From the IMG/VR virus record IMGVR_UViG_3300028666_000002: 64,000 nucleotides of DNA; one strand, written 5' to 3'. The position numbers and the translations under genes are program-made. Below are positions 19,169 through 29,262 of the stretch, in pieces. The notes beneath the pieces are model-generated. The model worked only from the letters and a program-made list of their open reading frames with translations. It had not been told where the DNA came from and searched no databases. Source of the DNA: a virus. How positions within the stretch are numbered: the first letter of the stretch is position 1; the number at the start of each line of letters is the position of its first letter.

Positions 19169-19657
19169 TTAAGCAGCGGCCCTGGATAGATTGGCCGGGA
19201 TAGGATTACTGATAGCCAAATCCGTAACCCTCTTAGCAAGCCTTACCCCTGCGGTAAAATCACCCTTGCCAGCATTGGTTTCAATAGTAACAGCCTTACC
19301 AAGCCTGTGCTTGAGAGTTACCAAGCAAGCCGTGATCACCACATCATATGGGAGCCCATATGTAGCAACAAAGATGCCAGAGTAGAGAACTGAGGGAGAG
19401 AGAAAGTTCTGCCGAAAGTGTTCAGGCAAAGAAAACAAATCGCCCCTCTCATCGCCCGCACCATTGACTTCCAATCCACCATATTGCCCAAGCTTCGTGT
19501 GAGCACTAAAGCCTGACAATCCACCCTTAGAGCGATAGTAAGCTTTGATAATTCTTTGGCAATCCCTGAGAGCGAGAAGGTATTGCTTCTCCAACTTCTC
19601 TGCCGTTCCCTTTGGTCCCTTCAGATTGTGAAAAACAATTGAGTGTCCGTAGTCCAT
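19169..19657 (-). CDS. Hypothetical protein, paralog of 29263..29739
   Basis: Start at ATG 19657 (AAGGAG); shared 'LSG..AHTK.G.YGG.E.NG.GD', 'PYD.VI.ACL..LK.RLG.A.T', 'I.NP'. Confidence 0.75.
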   Translation of the reverse strand: MDYGHSIVFHNLKGPKGTAEKLEKQYLLALRDCQRIIKAYYRSKGGLSGFSAHTKLGQYGGLEVNGAGDERGDLFSLPEHFRQNFLSPSVLYSGIFVATYGLPYDVVITACLVTLKHRLGKAVTIETNAGKGDFTAGVRLAKRVTDLAISNPIPANLSRAAA

Positions 19658-19936
19658 AAGTGTCTCCTTTTTAAAATAAAAAAACAGTCGCAAAAGCAAC
19701 CACGATTGCGGCAATCCCAAGGCCATGCTGGCCGCCTAAACAATAACCTGCTAAGAGCACGCAACCAGTAAAAATAGCATCAGTCATACGCTCTCCCTTT
19801 AAAGAAATTGAATAAAAGTAATTATAACCGCAGCAATACCAAGCCCAATGTGGCCACCAAAACAATATCCCGCTATCAGCATACAGGGAATAGTAACAAG
19901 CGTCTTTATATTAATTCTCATATTGCCTCCATCTTT

Positions 19937-19965
19937 AAGATATCAAAGATAACTCATCGTGTCAA
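19937..19965 (-). promoter_or_regulatory. sigma70-type promoter
   Basis: TTGACA-17-TATCTT, same TTTGATATCTT core as at 16072. Confidence 0.75.
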
Positions 19966-20813
19966 GCAGTATCTCTTTCCTCATCTTCTTCTACTACAAA
20001 GCCAGTAGACTTGCAGCAATTGTGTGCTTGCAAATCTTCTTCACAATCAAAGCATGCGTAACGATGACAGCTCTCACACTGGTCCAATTCATCTTGGTCC
20101 TTAGGCTTCTGACAAAAATAACACTTAGCGAACATTACTTTCCTCCTCACGAAATGAATCCTCTAATTCTACCAAATCCTCAATACCAAAAACTAATTCG
20201 TACAAAACTCTAATATCATTCCAAATGTGCCCTTCCTTTTGGAATCGTCCGCCAGCATTCTCGCACTCATCCACAGCTACGTAGCTTACCAATGCTGTCA
20301 ATGCTTTAACCTGTTCTTCATTCAGTTTCATAAATTCTCCTTGGCCTAGGGGATAGAGAGCACGACCATCTTATAGCTCCCTATCCCCAATTATTAGGCG
20401 ACCCTCGCTCCACACCACTTAGCGTTTGCTAAGACCTCTATAAAGTATCAAGTTTGATTCAACGCGTCAAGTCTTTCTTTTTCTTCTTTCAACCAACGGA
20501 TAACACCAGCTTTAATACCCGAACCATCAGTGCTGTCTTTTCCAAGCCTATCGTTAACTCGCCAAAAGTAATAAATCTCACCCTCCTCCTCAATATCTCT
20601 GTGCCAATATTGGGCGCCTTGATTATTACGATAGATATTCTCTAGTGCATTAGCCTCTTCTGTTTTGGTCCACCTACCTCCCGCTTCTCTAATGCCACAA
20701 TGTCCTAATGCACAATAAGTATCATTGGAAGCATCGTAGACAACTCCTCTGGTCCACTTCTCTGCCGGAATAGCCTCAAACTTATCAATGAAATATTGGA
20801 TATCGTATTTCAT
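19962..20813 (-). CDS. Small early genes (19962-20150 Cys-rich, 20125-20331, 20448-20813 'FIDKFEAIP..KW...YCALGHCG')
   Basis: ORFs with AGGAG-type RBSs downstream of sigma70-like promoters. Confidence 0.6.
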
Positions 20814-20972
20814 TCGTCCTCCTATGGAATGTCCATCACAATAGCATCAATAACTTCGCCAAAATTCTTAGAATTTACCGCCATTAGCAATCCAGCCATA
20901 GCAGCAACGAGAACTAATACCATCAATACGTTTGTTGTCCACTTGAGTAACCTCATTTGTTCTCCTAAATTA

Positions 20973-21001
20973 AAGATATCAAATATAACTTGCTGCGTCA
21001 A
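20973..21001 (-). promoter_or_regulatory. sigma70-type promoter
   Basis: TTGACG-17-TATCTT. Confidence 0.7.
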
Positions 21002-21003
21002 TC

Positions 21004-21309
21004 CTAAAACTTAAATAGCACAATTGTAGCATCAGAGCCTACAACGCCTATAGCATTCTCCAGCATTGGTCTACGCCAATCCAATACTTCGGGCTCACCA
21101 AACTTATACAACGCACCCACAGCCAACGTAGCCGCTGCAGACACGATAAAAGCGGCTGACTTGCTCATCCCCATCTTAGTAGATACCCCATAAACAATAG
21201 TGTTTATGATATAGGACGCACCGACGTGCGCAGTCAAATGTAAGATATCATTCTCATTCGCTTTAGCCTGCGAGCACAGCATTAGAAGTATGAGCAATCG
21301 AAATTTCAC
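21004..21309 (-). CDS. Exported hydrophobic protein, YfiM/DUF2279-like
   Basis: Signal peptide (AKA-N); 'AH.GASY', 'ATLAVG..YK', 'N.IG' helices. Confidence 0.45.
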   Translation of the reverse strand: MKFRLLILLMLCSQAKANENDILHLTAHVGASYIINTIVYGVSTKMGMSKSAAFIVSAAATLAVGALYKFGEPEVLDWRRPMLENAIGVVGSDATIVLFKF

Positions 21310-21674
21310 TTTTCACCTTTATATAGGCGAAATTGATTGCTTATTTCCTGCCAAAAACAATTTGATTGAGATTTCCATTGCATACCATCCTTGGAAATTA
21401 TTGTCAAATCCTCCAATGTGTAACACTTTAAATTATTTCTATTATATATAGTAGAAGCAAGCCGATATTCTATTTCGAAAGGAAATTGACTACCAGCATC
21501 GACAAAACACTTTTCAAGTGTGCGCCAAGGATTCGTATCGCTACCACCAACAACGTTGTACCAAACGGTATACGCGGGTGGACCAACCCCTACTTCACAT
21601 GGCTTACAAATCCACTCTTCAAATTGAAAGAGCAGAATTTTACTTTTGGGATTGCCACACTTTTCGCAGTTCAT
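21306..21674 (-). CDS. Zn-ribbon protein, paralog of 7423..7782
   Basis: CxxC...WxCxxCE; 'WRTLEKCFVDAGSQFPF'. Confidence 0.65.
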   Translation of the reverse strand: MNCEKCGNPKSKILLFQFEEWICKPCEVGVGPPAYTVWYNVVGGSDTNPWRTLEKCFVDAGSQFPFEIEYRLASTIYNRNNLKCYTLEDLTIISKDGMQWKSQSNCFWQEISNQFRLYKGEK

Positions 21675-22655
21675 TTGCCCTCCAAGGCGACACTAGCTAT
21701 GTGGCTCGTGCAACTAACAGAATGTACATACTTAATTGGTACACCGTGAATAGTTAGTATTGGTTTTTCACAATTGCACACTTCTTTTAGAACATTCAAA
21801 GCTTTTCTAAGCTTAGCAATCTCAGTTTCCTGAATAGCAATGCGGGCCTGAAGCATATCTACCATAGCGATTTTCCACTTAGCAAGTTTCTCATTGGCTG
21901 CATTGGCAGCCTGATATGCGTTTAACAAGCCCTCGCCTTGACTATGGAAATCCTGAATTGTGTATATGAGTTTCATATTGTTTTTAAATTTATGAGGGAA
22001 GTTTTTAGCGTCGTATCCCCCTCGACCTCGACGGCAACGCATTATTTATTGACCACCCATTCACCCAAGGCCGGAAAAGGATTCTCACGATTGGGAGAAT
22101 TGCGCAGTCGATAGTATCCAGCTTCATGGATTTGCACGATTGAACCATTAAAAAGGCTCTGGTACGTCTTCACCACATTCTTCTTGCCGAATTTGGGAAC
22201 ATCCACGATGAGCACAATACCCAGGTACTCGTAACCGTGGCCGAAGGGATCGTTGACAACTTCTTGGTCTAGCATTTGTTTTCCTTTAGTATTCTCTCTA
22301 CTTCACCAAACCTATGGTGTTGCTTCGAGAAGTCCATCTGTTCTAAGAATACCAGAATTGACCTAATGCGTCAATCCTCTTTCTTAAATCCTTCTACCTT
22401 AGCTACAGTCTCGCTATAACGGTCCTCCACGCAATCATCGCATAGGCCTAATAGCATGTTAGTTTCTCCAGCGAAAAACGTTTCTCCATCATGAAGAGTT
22501 ATCAAAAGCAAATCAGATTCATCTTGTAACTCATTAATTTGATCGCAATAATTTCCGTTGTCGTTATCCTCATTCTCATCATTTAAACCATAATAATCAA
22601 ATTTACCCTTTGGCAATACAACTTCACCTATCTTAATGAATTTAATGCTTTTCAT
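21671..22655 (-). CDS. Small hypothetical genes (21671-22042, 22042-22275, 22371-22655)
   Basis: Contiguous minus-strand ORFs. Confidence 0.5.
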
Positions 22656-22656
22656 A

Positions 22657-22998
22657 CTAATCCTCTACGTTTTCGTTAATCCAGGTCTTGAGAGCCTCTC
22701 GAACATCGGTACCGCCAGGGTTTCTATCGTGTACAAGCTGCAAAGCCTCAAGCCCATCTACTGGCAACGGCACGCGGTCTACGAGAATAGGAAAATTGTT
22801 GATTAAGCCCGTTGCACTCAAGCACTCCATATTATCGCTATACACTTCATCAGGAATAAAACAACCTACAGCACAAGCATTATTTTTGTCTCCGCGATAG
22901 GCGCAGTACCCATTTTTAGAGGAACGAAAGCCGTCGTTGCCCTTATAAATCTGTTCAATGATTTTACTTTTGGTCCATCCATTAATTGCTTTGTACAT
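22657..22998 (-). CDS. Hypothetical protein, paralog of 24318..24692
   Basis: 'MYK.INGWTK.K.IEQI', 'C.YRG..NNACAVGCFIPDE.Y', 'WINENVED'. Confidence 0.75.
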   Translation of the reverse strand: MYKAINGWTKSKIIEQIYKGNDGFRSSKNGYCAYRGDKNNACAVGCFIPDEVYSDNMECLSATGLINNFPILVDRVPLPVDGLEALQLVHDRNPGGTDVREALKTWINENVED

Positions 22999-23027
22999 AA
23001 AATTCACTCCTGAGTTTTACTTTTGGT

Positions 23028-23573
23028 CTATTGACATGCTGTGATAATACCATTAGTCAAAGTCAAATTCACCAAGTAATTTGTAACATACTTCTGTTTT
23101 GTTGGTGCGTAGGTCGCAGTCAATCCAATCTGTGCTTGTTGTGTTGAAACAGTTGTCGTAACCGTTGTAGAGCCGTCCCCATTATCTCTACTGCATGGAC
23201 TGATAGTCGTTTGTGCGTTGGGTACTACCGTAGTCGTAGTAGATTGTACCACTGGAGAGCCTATAGAAGCTAAGGTAATGCCGGTTACGTTAAGTCCCGT
23301 TGCAATATTAGAGCCCACAGCCAGCAAGTTAGCACCGTTAGACAGCTTAATAGCTGGCGTAGTAGCAAATGATTGTACAGTAGCACTACAGGCCGCCAAA
23401 TTCAATAAGTTTTGCGTTACATTAGCCTGCGTTGAGGTTAGCAATTGTTTACGTTGCACCGTTGCTTGTTGCTTAAAAGCTACAGTAAACATTGACATCA
23501 TTCCCTGCATAATGATGCCCATCAATGCCACCGATACCAATACCGAGATTAGAGATTGTCCTTTGTTATTCAT
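23028..23573 (-). CDS. Type IV pilin/pseudopilin-like protein
   Basis: Class III signal 'MNNKG/QSLISVLVSVALMGIIM' then a helix with 'L....ACSAT' and a C-terminal Cys. Confidence 0.75.
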   Translation of the reverse strand: MNNKGQSLISVLVSVALMGIIMQGMMSMFTVAFKQQATVQRKQLLTSTQANVTQNLLNLAACSATVQSFATTPAIKLSNGANLLAVGSNIATGLNVTGITLASIGSPVVQSTTTTVVPNAQTTISPCSRDNGDGSTTVTTTVSTQQAQIGLTATYAPTKQKYVTNYLVNLTLTNGIITACQ

Positions 23574-23575
23574 AA

Positions 23576-24316
23576 TTAATCCTTTCTAATCATTCCATTA
23601 AGAGCCAAACACAATGCGATTAGCTTAGCGTTAACTTTATCCTCCAGAGCCACCAAAGTCGCTCCGCAGAACGTACATCTCCCATGCTTAAGGCAAGCCC
23701 TGGTATTTCGATTATTGCACTTGGGACACCGAGTTACCTTACTCATGCTGCGTCCTTCCAAGCCTGCGAATGCATAGAAGCATACCGCGTCACAGCCAAC
23801 GATTGCAAGTCAGTCAAGCCAGCTTCGCGAAGCATTCCAATGCAATCGGTATAGGAATGCTCAAGCGACCACAGATAGAAAGACTTAGCGTGCATTTCGA
23901 ACTGTTCGAGCGTCAACTTAGATACTTTTACTTTCATCACAATTGCCTCTAAATCTGTTCGTCGTTGTCCGTCTGTGAATATCAATACCGACATCTAGCC
24001 TCCTGTTTGGTTACACTTAAACTATATTGCAATCTCAATGCCAAGAGTTTTGTGCCTAGCTAATTGTGAAAACTAGCATATCTTTTGGTCATTAGTATGT
24101 GTCGTAGCCATTAGACTTTAGTAGCCTCATATCAACACTATACTCGCTTACCCGATGATTAACGTTTGGCCTAAGCTTTTCTCTCACAATTACAATTTCC
24201 TCTTCAATACTAACAACTAATCCCTCTACGTATAATCCTCCATAATAGCTCTCATCTTCTCTGTTCGTTAGTTCGACAATATCGCCAACTTGGTATTTAT
24301 TATAGTGTTTATTCAT
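23576..24316 (-). CDS. Small hypothetical genes (23576-23761 Zn finger, 23743-23994, 24092-24316)
   Basis: ORFs downstream of a sigma54 box or with AGGAGG RBS. Confidence 0.55.
24028..24043 (-). promoter_or_regulatory. sigma54 (-24/-12) promoter
   Basis: TGGCA-TTGAGA-TTGCA; upstream ~30 nt shared with the copy at 26356. Confidence 0.75.
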
Positions 24317-24317
24317 A

Positions 24318-24692
24318 CTAATCCTCCACGTTTTCGTTAATCCACGCAGTCAATCTTTCGACCACATTTAGTTGAGGATAACGATAGCGAGTTTGCGTAT
24401 CCCCTGCGTTATAATCGTGAATGTTTTGCATAGCCGCAAGACCGTATGGGTCTAGCGGCATAGAATCTCTAATATTAATAAATTCGCGAACTAATGAGCG
24501 AGCAGGATAGCCCTTCTCCATTCTGGGAACATACAATTCATCCGGTATAAAGCAACCAACTGCACAGGCATTATTGTTAGGGCCACGGTACATACAAAAT
24601 CCACTTTCTTCCATTGATTTTGTACTATTATTTCGAAGCTTTATCTGTTCAATCATCTTAGCTTTGGTCCAACCGTTAATAGTTTTGTACAT
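24318..24692 (-). CDS. Hypothetical protein, paralog of 22657..22998
   Basis: Same motifs as its paralog; start at ATG 24692. Confidence 0.75.
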   Translation of the reverse strand: MYKTINGWTKAKMIEQIKLRNNSTKSMEESGFCMYRGPNNNACAVGCFIPDELYVPRMEKGYPARSLVREFINIRDSMPLDPYGLAAMQNIHDYNAGDTQTRYRYPQLNVVERLTAWINENVED

Positions 24693-24693
24693 A

Positions 24694-27092
24694 TCAATCA
24701 TCTCCCATAAAGTCAGCACGCCCTATCTGGTGTTCATACCAAGCCTCGTGCAGCGTGTCTGGGTAGTCCTCTGTTAGCTCTTCAAGTACTTCATCGGGCA
24801 CTATAGCCTTATCATCGTCAGTCTCATCTAGGTACACTGCAGCGGCTATAAACGTGTCTACGCTATCGCCTGAGGAATAGTCAATCTCTGTGATTTCAAC
24901 TTTCTTTCCTTCGCGTGTCGTGAGTATCATTCGTTTTCCCTTTCTAGTATTTCCTGTGCTCGTGTCAATAGAACCACATCCTCTACTGGCTCGTAACCAT
25001 TATCGATTAACTCAGTGTTAACATGGGTAGGTATTCCAGTACCGAACGCTAAAGCTGCGTTAATCAGCCTGTCAATATAACTTTGGCTGGCTTTCATATA
25101 ACTCCTTATTTACACTTACATTTATACCAAAACTGTTTACATCTGTGACACCATTGGCCTACTGGCGTTGTCCATCTTATCTGCATGCTTATCGTCCTTT
25201 CTCTGCATATGCGCCCATGAAAAAGCCAGCCGCGAAATGTCCGCATACCAATCCCAGTGCTGGCAAAAATCCCCAACTTACTGCACCTACTAATCCCGCA
25301 AGCATTAGCATTCCTAAAGTCATTTCGATGATTGCGTATATTGCACAAATAGTTGCATTTTTTGTGTTATGATGATTCATAAAATTCACTTCTCACTTTC
25401 CTTTGGTCTACTAAAATAGGATTCACCAGGGATATAGCAATCAAAGATGAATTCTTTCTCACATCAACGCAATCATAGCGACCAAATCATAGGCAGCACT
25501 TATTGGGTGGGTTTGCAGTTCAATAACGTATAACACGCCAAACACACAACCTGTTAAGAATGTTAAGATATTCATATCACACCTTAAGTTTGCAGATATA
25601 CTGCGTTAATTTCATTTCGAGTTTACACAATAGTTTAAGCATGGTTTGCCTCCGCGCATGCGTCAATAGCAATACCAATAGTTGTCAGGATATCCCAGAA
25701 TTCTTCTTGGATATAGAAACCGTCAAGCTGTTCTGAGATGAGGAATAGCGCGTTTAGGTCTAGTATATCAGCCTCGTTTGCCTGTGTAACCCTTTCCAAC
25801 GCTTGCTTAACCTCTGGGTTACGTGCCTTGCGTGTTTGAGACATTAGCCGCCACGTTTGATAAGTAGAGAGTTTCATTAAATTTCTCCTTCTGTTTCGAG
25901 GAATAGAGAGAGCAACATAATTCTAATACCTTTGTGTTCTTCTCTGTCCTTATTGTACTCACTCATTCCGTCCAGATAGGTTTTATCTTCAAAATAAAAC
26001 AAATAATTATATTGTTGATAAAACTGACGATATTTCGTTGCTAGCTCGTTGCTCCCCTCTTTTTTCAGGGCTGAGCAAGAGTAAGAATAAGGGGTGAAAC
26101 ACTCTTCGTTGGCATAAATTTTGCTTATAGCTCTGACAACTGCCGATTTTTCTTTTTTAGTCAATTTCATTTGGCTTCCTCCATCTTAGTTTCGATAAGA
26201 AAGTATGGGCTAAACGGTGCTTGTAAACACGTCCCATCTGGCACAATAACAAGGTGCCAGCGCTTGATATTACTATCCGCGTAATCATAATCATCCCAAG
26301 GTGTATACTTAAAACCCATGTATTCGAACTGTGTGTTACTCATACTAAACTACATTGCAATTTGGTTGCCAAGAGTTTTGTGCCTAGCTAATTGTGAAAT
26401 TGTGTATAACTTTCAAAAAGTGTTTAGTTCTCATACATAGGGTTATGCTCAATAATTTCTTCTAGTTCTCGTTGTGCCTCTTGTAATTTGACTACTGCGC
26501 GTCCATAATGCGTTTCCTCGTGGCTGCCCTTTTCCAATCGATAAGCAGACATATACTGTCGCAATCGACGAGTTTGGTCAATAAATTCAGAGAGTAAATT
26601 AGCAGTTAATTGTTGTTTTGACATACTATCCTCTCAGTTAAAATGGAATGCACAAAGCCAATGCCGTCAAGAACACTAGAACAATATAACCATAACGCAT
26701 AACTATTCCTTTCCATGTGTTGGACAGCATCGCATTGGTGGACCAATGCATATACAATCGTTAGATGGCATCTGTCAAATCAAACTCTTCGGCTGCCCAC
26801 GTAGATAGGTCTTCTGCGTTGTCGGCATTTAGCGGGTTGCTTTCTAGGTATTGTTTAACCTTGTATTCCATACCTATCCTTTCATCACTATAACGTTAAG
26901 GTACCAAGTCCAATGAGAGCCTTGCCAAACCTCAGGACGCAATAGGTCGCTAGGCGGACACACACTAGAGGCATTCTGGACTAATTCGTTAACATAATTC
27001 GTATTAGACTTATAATATGCCCGCGCCATGTTTAGACACTTAACCACGTCTTTCGATGGATTGTCCCAGAATGATATAGGCTTGGTAAACAT
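24694..27092 (-). CDS. Run of very small early genes (24694-24930 acidic, 25189-25389 membrane, 25635-25877, 25877-26170, 26424-26624, 26874-27092 and several under 60 aa)
   Basis: Dense short ORFs with RBSs on the minus strand; no recognisable domains. Confidence 0.5.
26356..26371 (-). promoter_or_regulatory. sigma54 promoter
   Basis: TGGCA-ACCAAA-TTGCA. Confidence 0.75.
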
Positions 27093-27104
27093 ACTAATCT
27101 ATAC

Positions 27105-27120
27105 TGCAATCGGCTTGCCA
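27105..27120 (-). promoter_or_regulatory. sigma54 promoter
   Basis: TGGCA-AGCCGA-TTGCA. Confidence 0.75.
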
Positions 27121-27214
27121 ATAGTTTGTGCTCACATAACCAATCGTAAATTCACTTTTGTGTATAACTATTGGCTATCGCTATTCTACAACTCCCCCCA
27201 TAACTATGTAACCA

Positions 27215-27324
27215 ATCAAGAAAACACTTCTGTATAATAAACAATCAAGTTTTCACTTTTCGACACTGGGGGTACCTATCAAGAAAACACTTCTGGGTAT
27301 TGAGCATCGAAAAAACACTTTTCA
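27215..27324. repeat. Four iteron-like repeats ATCRA.WWWCACTT
   Basis: Copies at 27215, 27244, 27278 and 27307; copies 1 and 3 are identical over 18 nt (ATCAAGAAAACACTTCTG). Confidence 0.65.
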
Positions 27325-27397
27325 CTATCCCCTCCCCTAAAGCGAAAAATTGACTACCCCCTTGACTGTACCGTTTTGTTTTGGCATACTCATCATT

Positions 27398-27751
27398 ATG
27401 AAACAACAGTACCTAGCTTGGGTAATTAGATATTCGTCAGCATTCATCACCGTCTATTATGGTGATAATGATAAGCCACCAACAGCGGGAGAGATATCAA
27501 ATGCCGAAGAAGTTTGGCGTGGTGGAATGATAAGCAAGCATAAAACTCCATATTTAATAGGATATCCTGCTCTGCTAACACAGCAAGATGTACATAATTG
27601 TACTCGGTTAGGCTTAAACTGTTCTGGCTGGATGGTCGAATCTACTGTAAAATCTATCGATTGGTCCGCGCCAGCCCACGGTTACAAGCCAGAGCCCGAA
27701 GCCTGCATATGCGTATTCGGTCGTTCGCGTTACTGTCCAGTCTGCAAGTAG
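27398..27751 (+). CDS. Hypothetical protein with C-terminal CxC...CxxC, opposite in orientation to its neighbours
   Basis: ATG 7 nt after a TTGACT-17-CATACT promoter (leaderless). Confidence 0.55.
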   Translation: MKQQYLAWVIRYSSAFITVYYGDNDKPPTAGEISNAEEVWRGGMISKHKTPYLIGYPALLTQQDVHNCTRLGLNCSGWMVESTVKSIDWSAPAHGYKPEPEACICVFGRSRYCPVCK

Positions 27752-27786
27752 TGCCGGTTTTCCGTCATACCTAACTGCCCAAATTT

Positions 27787-27909
27787 CGGCACCCTTCTCG
27801 CTGCCGGATTTCCGGCATAGCGTTTTGGGTGGCATGGAATATGCATGCATTCTATGGCATACTAATTGCAATTGCAATGCGTGCCAAACATTCCGGCATA
27901 GACCTTGCA
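27787..27909 (+). promoter_or_regulatory. Tandem cluster of sigma54-like boxes
   Basis: CGGCACCCTTCTCGCT (27787), TGGCATGGAATATGCA (27830), TGGCATACTAATTGCA (27855), CGGCATAGACCTTGCA (27894). Confidence 0.6.
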
Positions 27910-27926
27910 ATATGCAAGCTATGCCA

Positions 27927-28340
27927 CTATAGCAACGTCTAGCCTAGCGCGGTCTCCCTGCTAGGTCTCCCTGCGTTGCGGTCTGCTAGGTCTCCCTGCT
28001 AGGTCTCCCGATAACCCTAGGCCAAAGCCTAGCCTTGACGCTAGCAACGCGCCTAGACCGCGCCTAGCGGCATAGCGTCGCGTGTTCTGCATCGTTATCC
28101 CGGAATATAACGTCTAGGCGTTCAAACCTAGCAAGGCTAGACTGCGTGCCTAGCGCCTGATAACGTGTCAAGGCTAGGTCTCGGATATGCCTTAACCTTT
28201 GAATGATAACCGTGGCTTTGCCTAGATCGTTTGAATTCATTCTAGTTGAACAATATAGAGACCGTCGTTATAGCGTTGCATGTTAACTCCCTGCGTGGCA
28301 AAGGGGTTAACCCGCACTATGCAGGATAACCTCTAGACCG
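27927..28340. repeat. Non-coding low-vocabulary repeat block (GGTCTCCCTGCTA units, CTAG-rich)
   Basis: GGTCTCCC at 27951, 27964, 27989 and 28002; words shared with 31100-31330. Confidence 0.75.
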
Positions 28341-28345
28341 TTAAG

Positions 28346-29170
28346 CTATGCGGCCTTTGCAAGCTTTGGCATAGCCTTAAGAATGCGGACAAAGCCTGTT
28401 TTGTCCTGTTTTGCTTTGCCTTTGGCTTTGAGACCAACTATAACCCCTTTGTTATCAGTAAACCTTAAGTCGTCGTTATCCCCGTTAATAACCGTTATGC
28501 CTTGATATGATTCGGGAATATAGTTGAATACCATAGCGACGTTATAACCTAGCGACAAAGCAAGCTTGCAATCTGCATCGTTTGATTCGCTTGCCGAGAA
28601 TGTTAAGGAATAGTTTGGCAAAGCAAGCGCCTTAAGAGACGCTAGGCGGAATGTTAACTTTGTATAATCATAGAATGTTATGCCTTTGAACGTCTCAAAC
28701 ACATTCAGACCGTTAACCCGCTTATTCTCCCATGCAATGTCACTAGTGCCGTTAAGACGAACGACGGGAGTTAACCCCAGTCTAGCGGCCTTTGCTTGCA
28801 GCTTGCTTAGTTCACTCCATAGCCGCGTTAAGAACAGACCGTTAAGCTTAACATAGTATAGCGTTTTGCGAATGCGTGCGTTTTGCGTGTCGCTGAATCT
28901 GCCACGTCCTGCGGTATTCAAACACGCGGCCTTGCAACCGAGCGACGCTGCAGGACACATATTATAACCCGACACGCTAGCAGGCGCTAGGTGCAGAATG
29001 AAGCTTAGATAACCTTTGCCTTCATTCTTTGCAGTCTTTGCATTCGCTTTGGCAGGGGTTAACAGGGTTAACCCGCTTAATTCACTTTGCAAGGTCTCCC
29101 TTTGCGTTGCGTCTAGTGAATCAAAGCGCCTTAATAGTTCAATATGTTCAAACACTTTGGGGTTTCGCAT
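28346..29170 (-). CDS. GP88-like Cys-motif (radical-SAM-like fold) phage protein
   Basis: 'LHLAPA..SG.N.CP.AS.GC..ACLNTAGRG', 'VRLNGTSDI.WE', 'FYDYTK', 'NY.LTFS..E.N', 'GD..DLRF.D', 'VGLKAKG.AK'; GAGG RBS before ATG 29170. Confidence 0.75.
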   Translation of the reverse strand: MRNPKVFEHIELLRRFDSLDATQRETLQSELSGLTLLTPAKANAKTAKNEGKGYLSFILHLAPASVSGYNMCPAASLGCKAACLNTAGRGRFSDTQNARIRKTLYYVKLNGLFLTRLWSELSKLQAKAARLGLTPVVRLNGTSDIAWENKRVNGLNVFETFKGITFYDYTKLTFRLASLKALALPNYSLTFSASESNDADCKLALSLGYNVAMVFNYIPESYQGITVINGDNDDLRFTDNKGVIVGLKAKGKAKQDKTGFVRILKAMPKLAKAA

Positions 29171-29244
29171 AATAACCTCTATATAACACGCATGGGATAT
29201 GTTCAGCCCTATGCCAAACATATCCCTAGCGTTGCTTATTAAGA

Positions 29245-29260
29245 TGCAATGTGTATGCCA
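29245..29260 (-). promoter_or_regulatory. sigma54 promoter upstream of the GP88-like gene
   Basis: TGGCA-TACACA-TTGCA. Confidence 0.7.
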
Positions 29261-29262
29261 AA

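Noticed and set aside
27927-28340. Possible CRISPR array in the GGTCTCCCTGCTA repeats
   Set aside because: Units are about 13 nt, adjacent or irregularly spaced, with no unique 30-40 nt spacers and no cas genes
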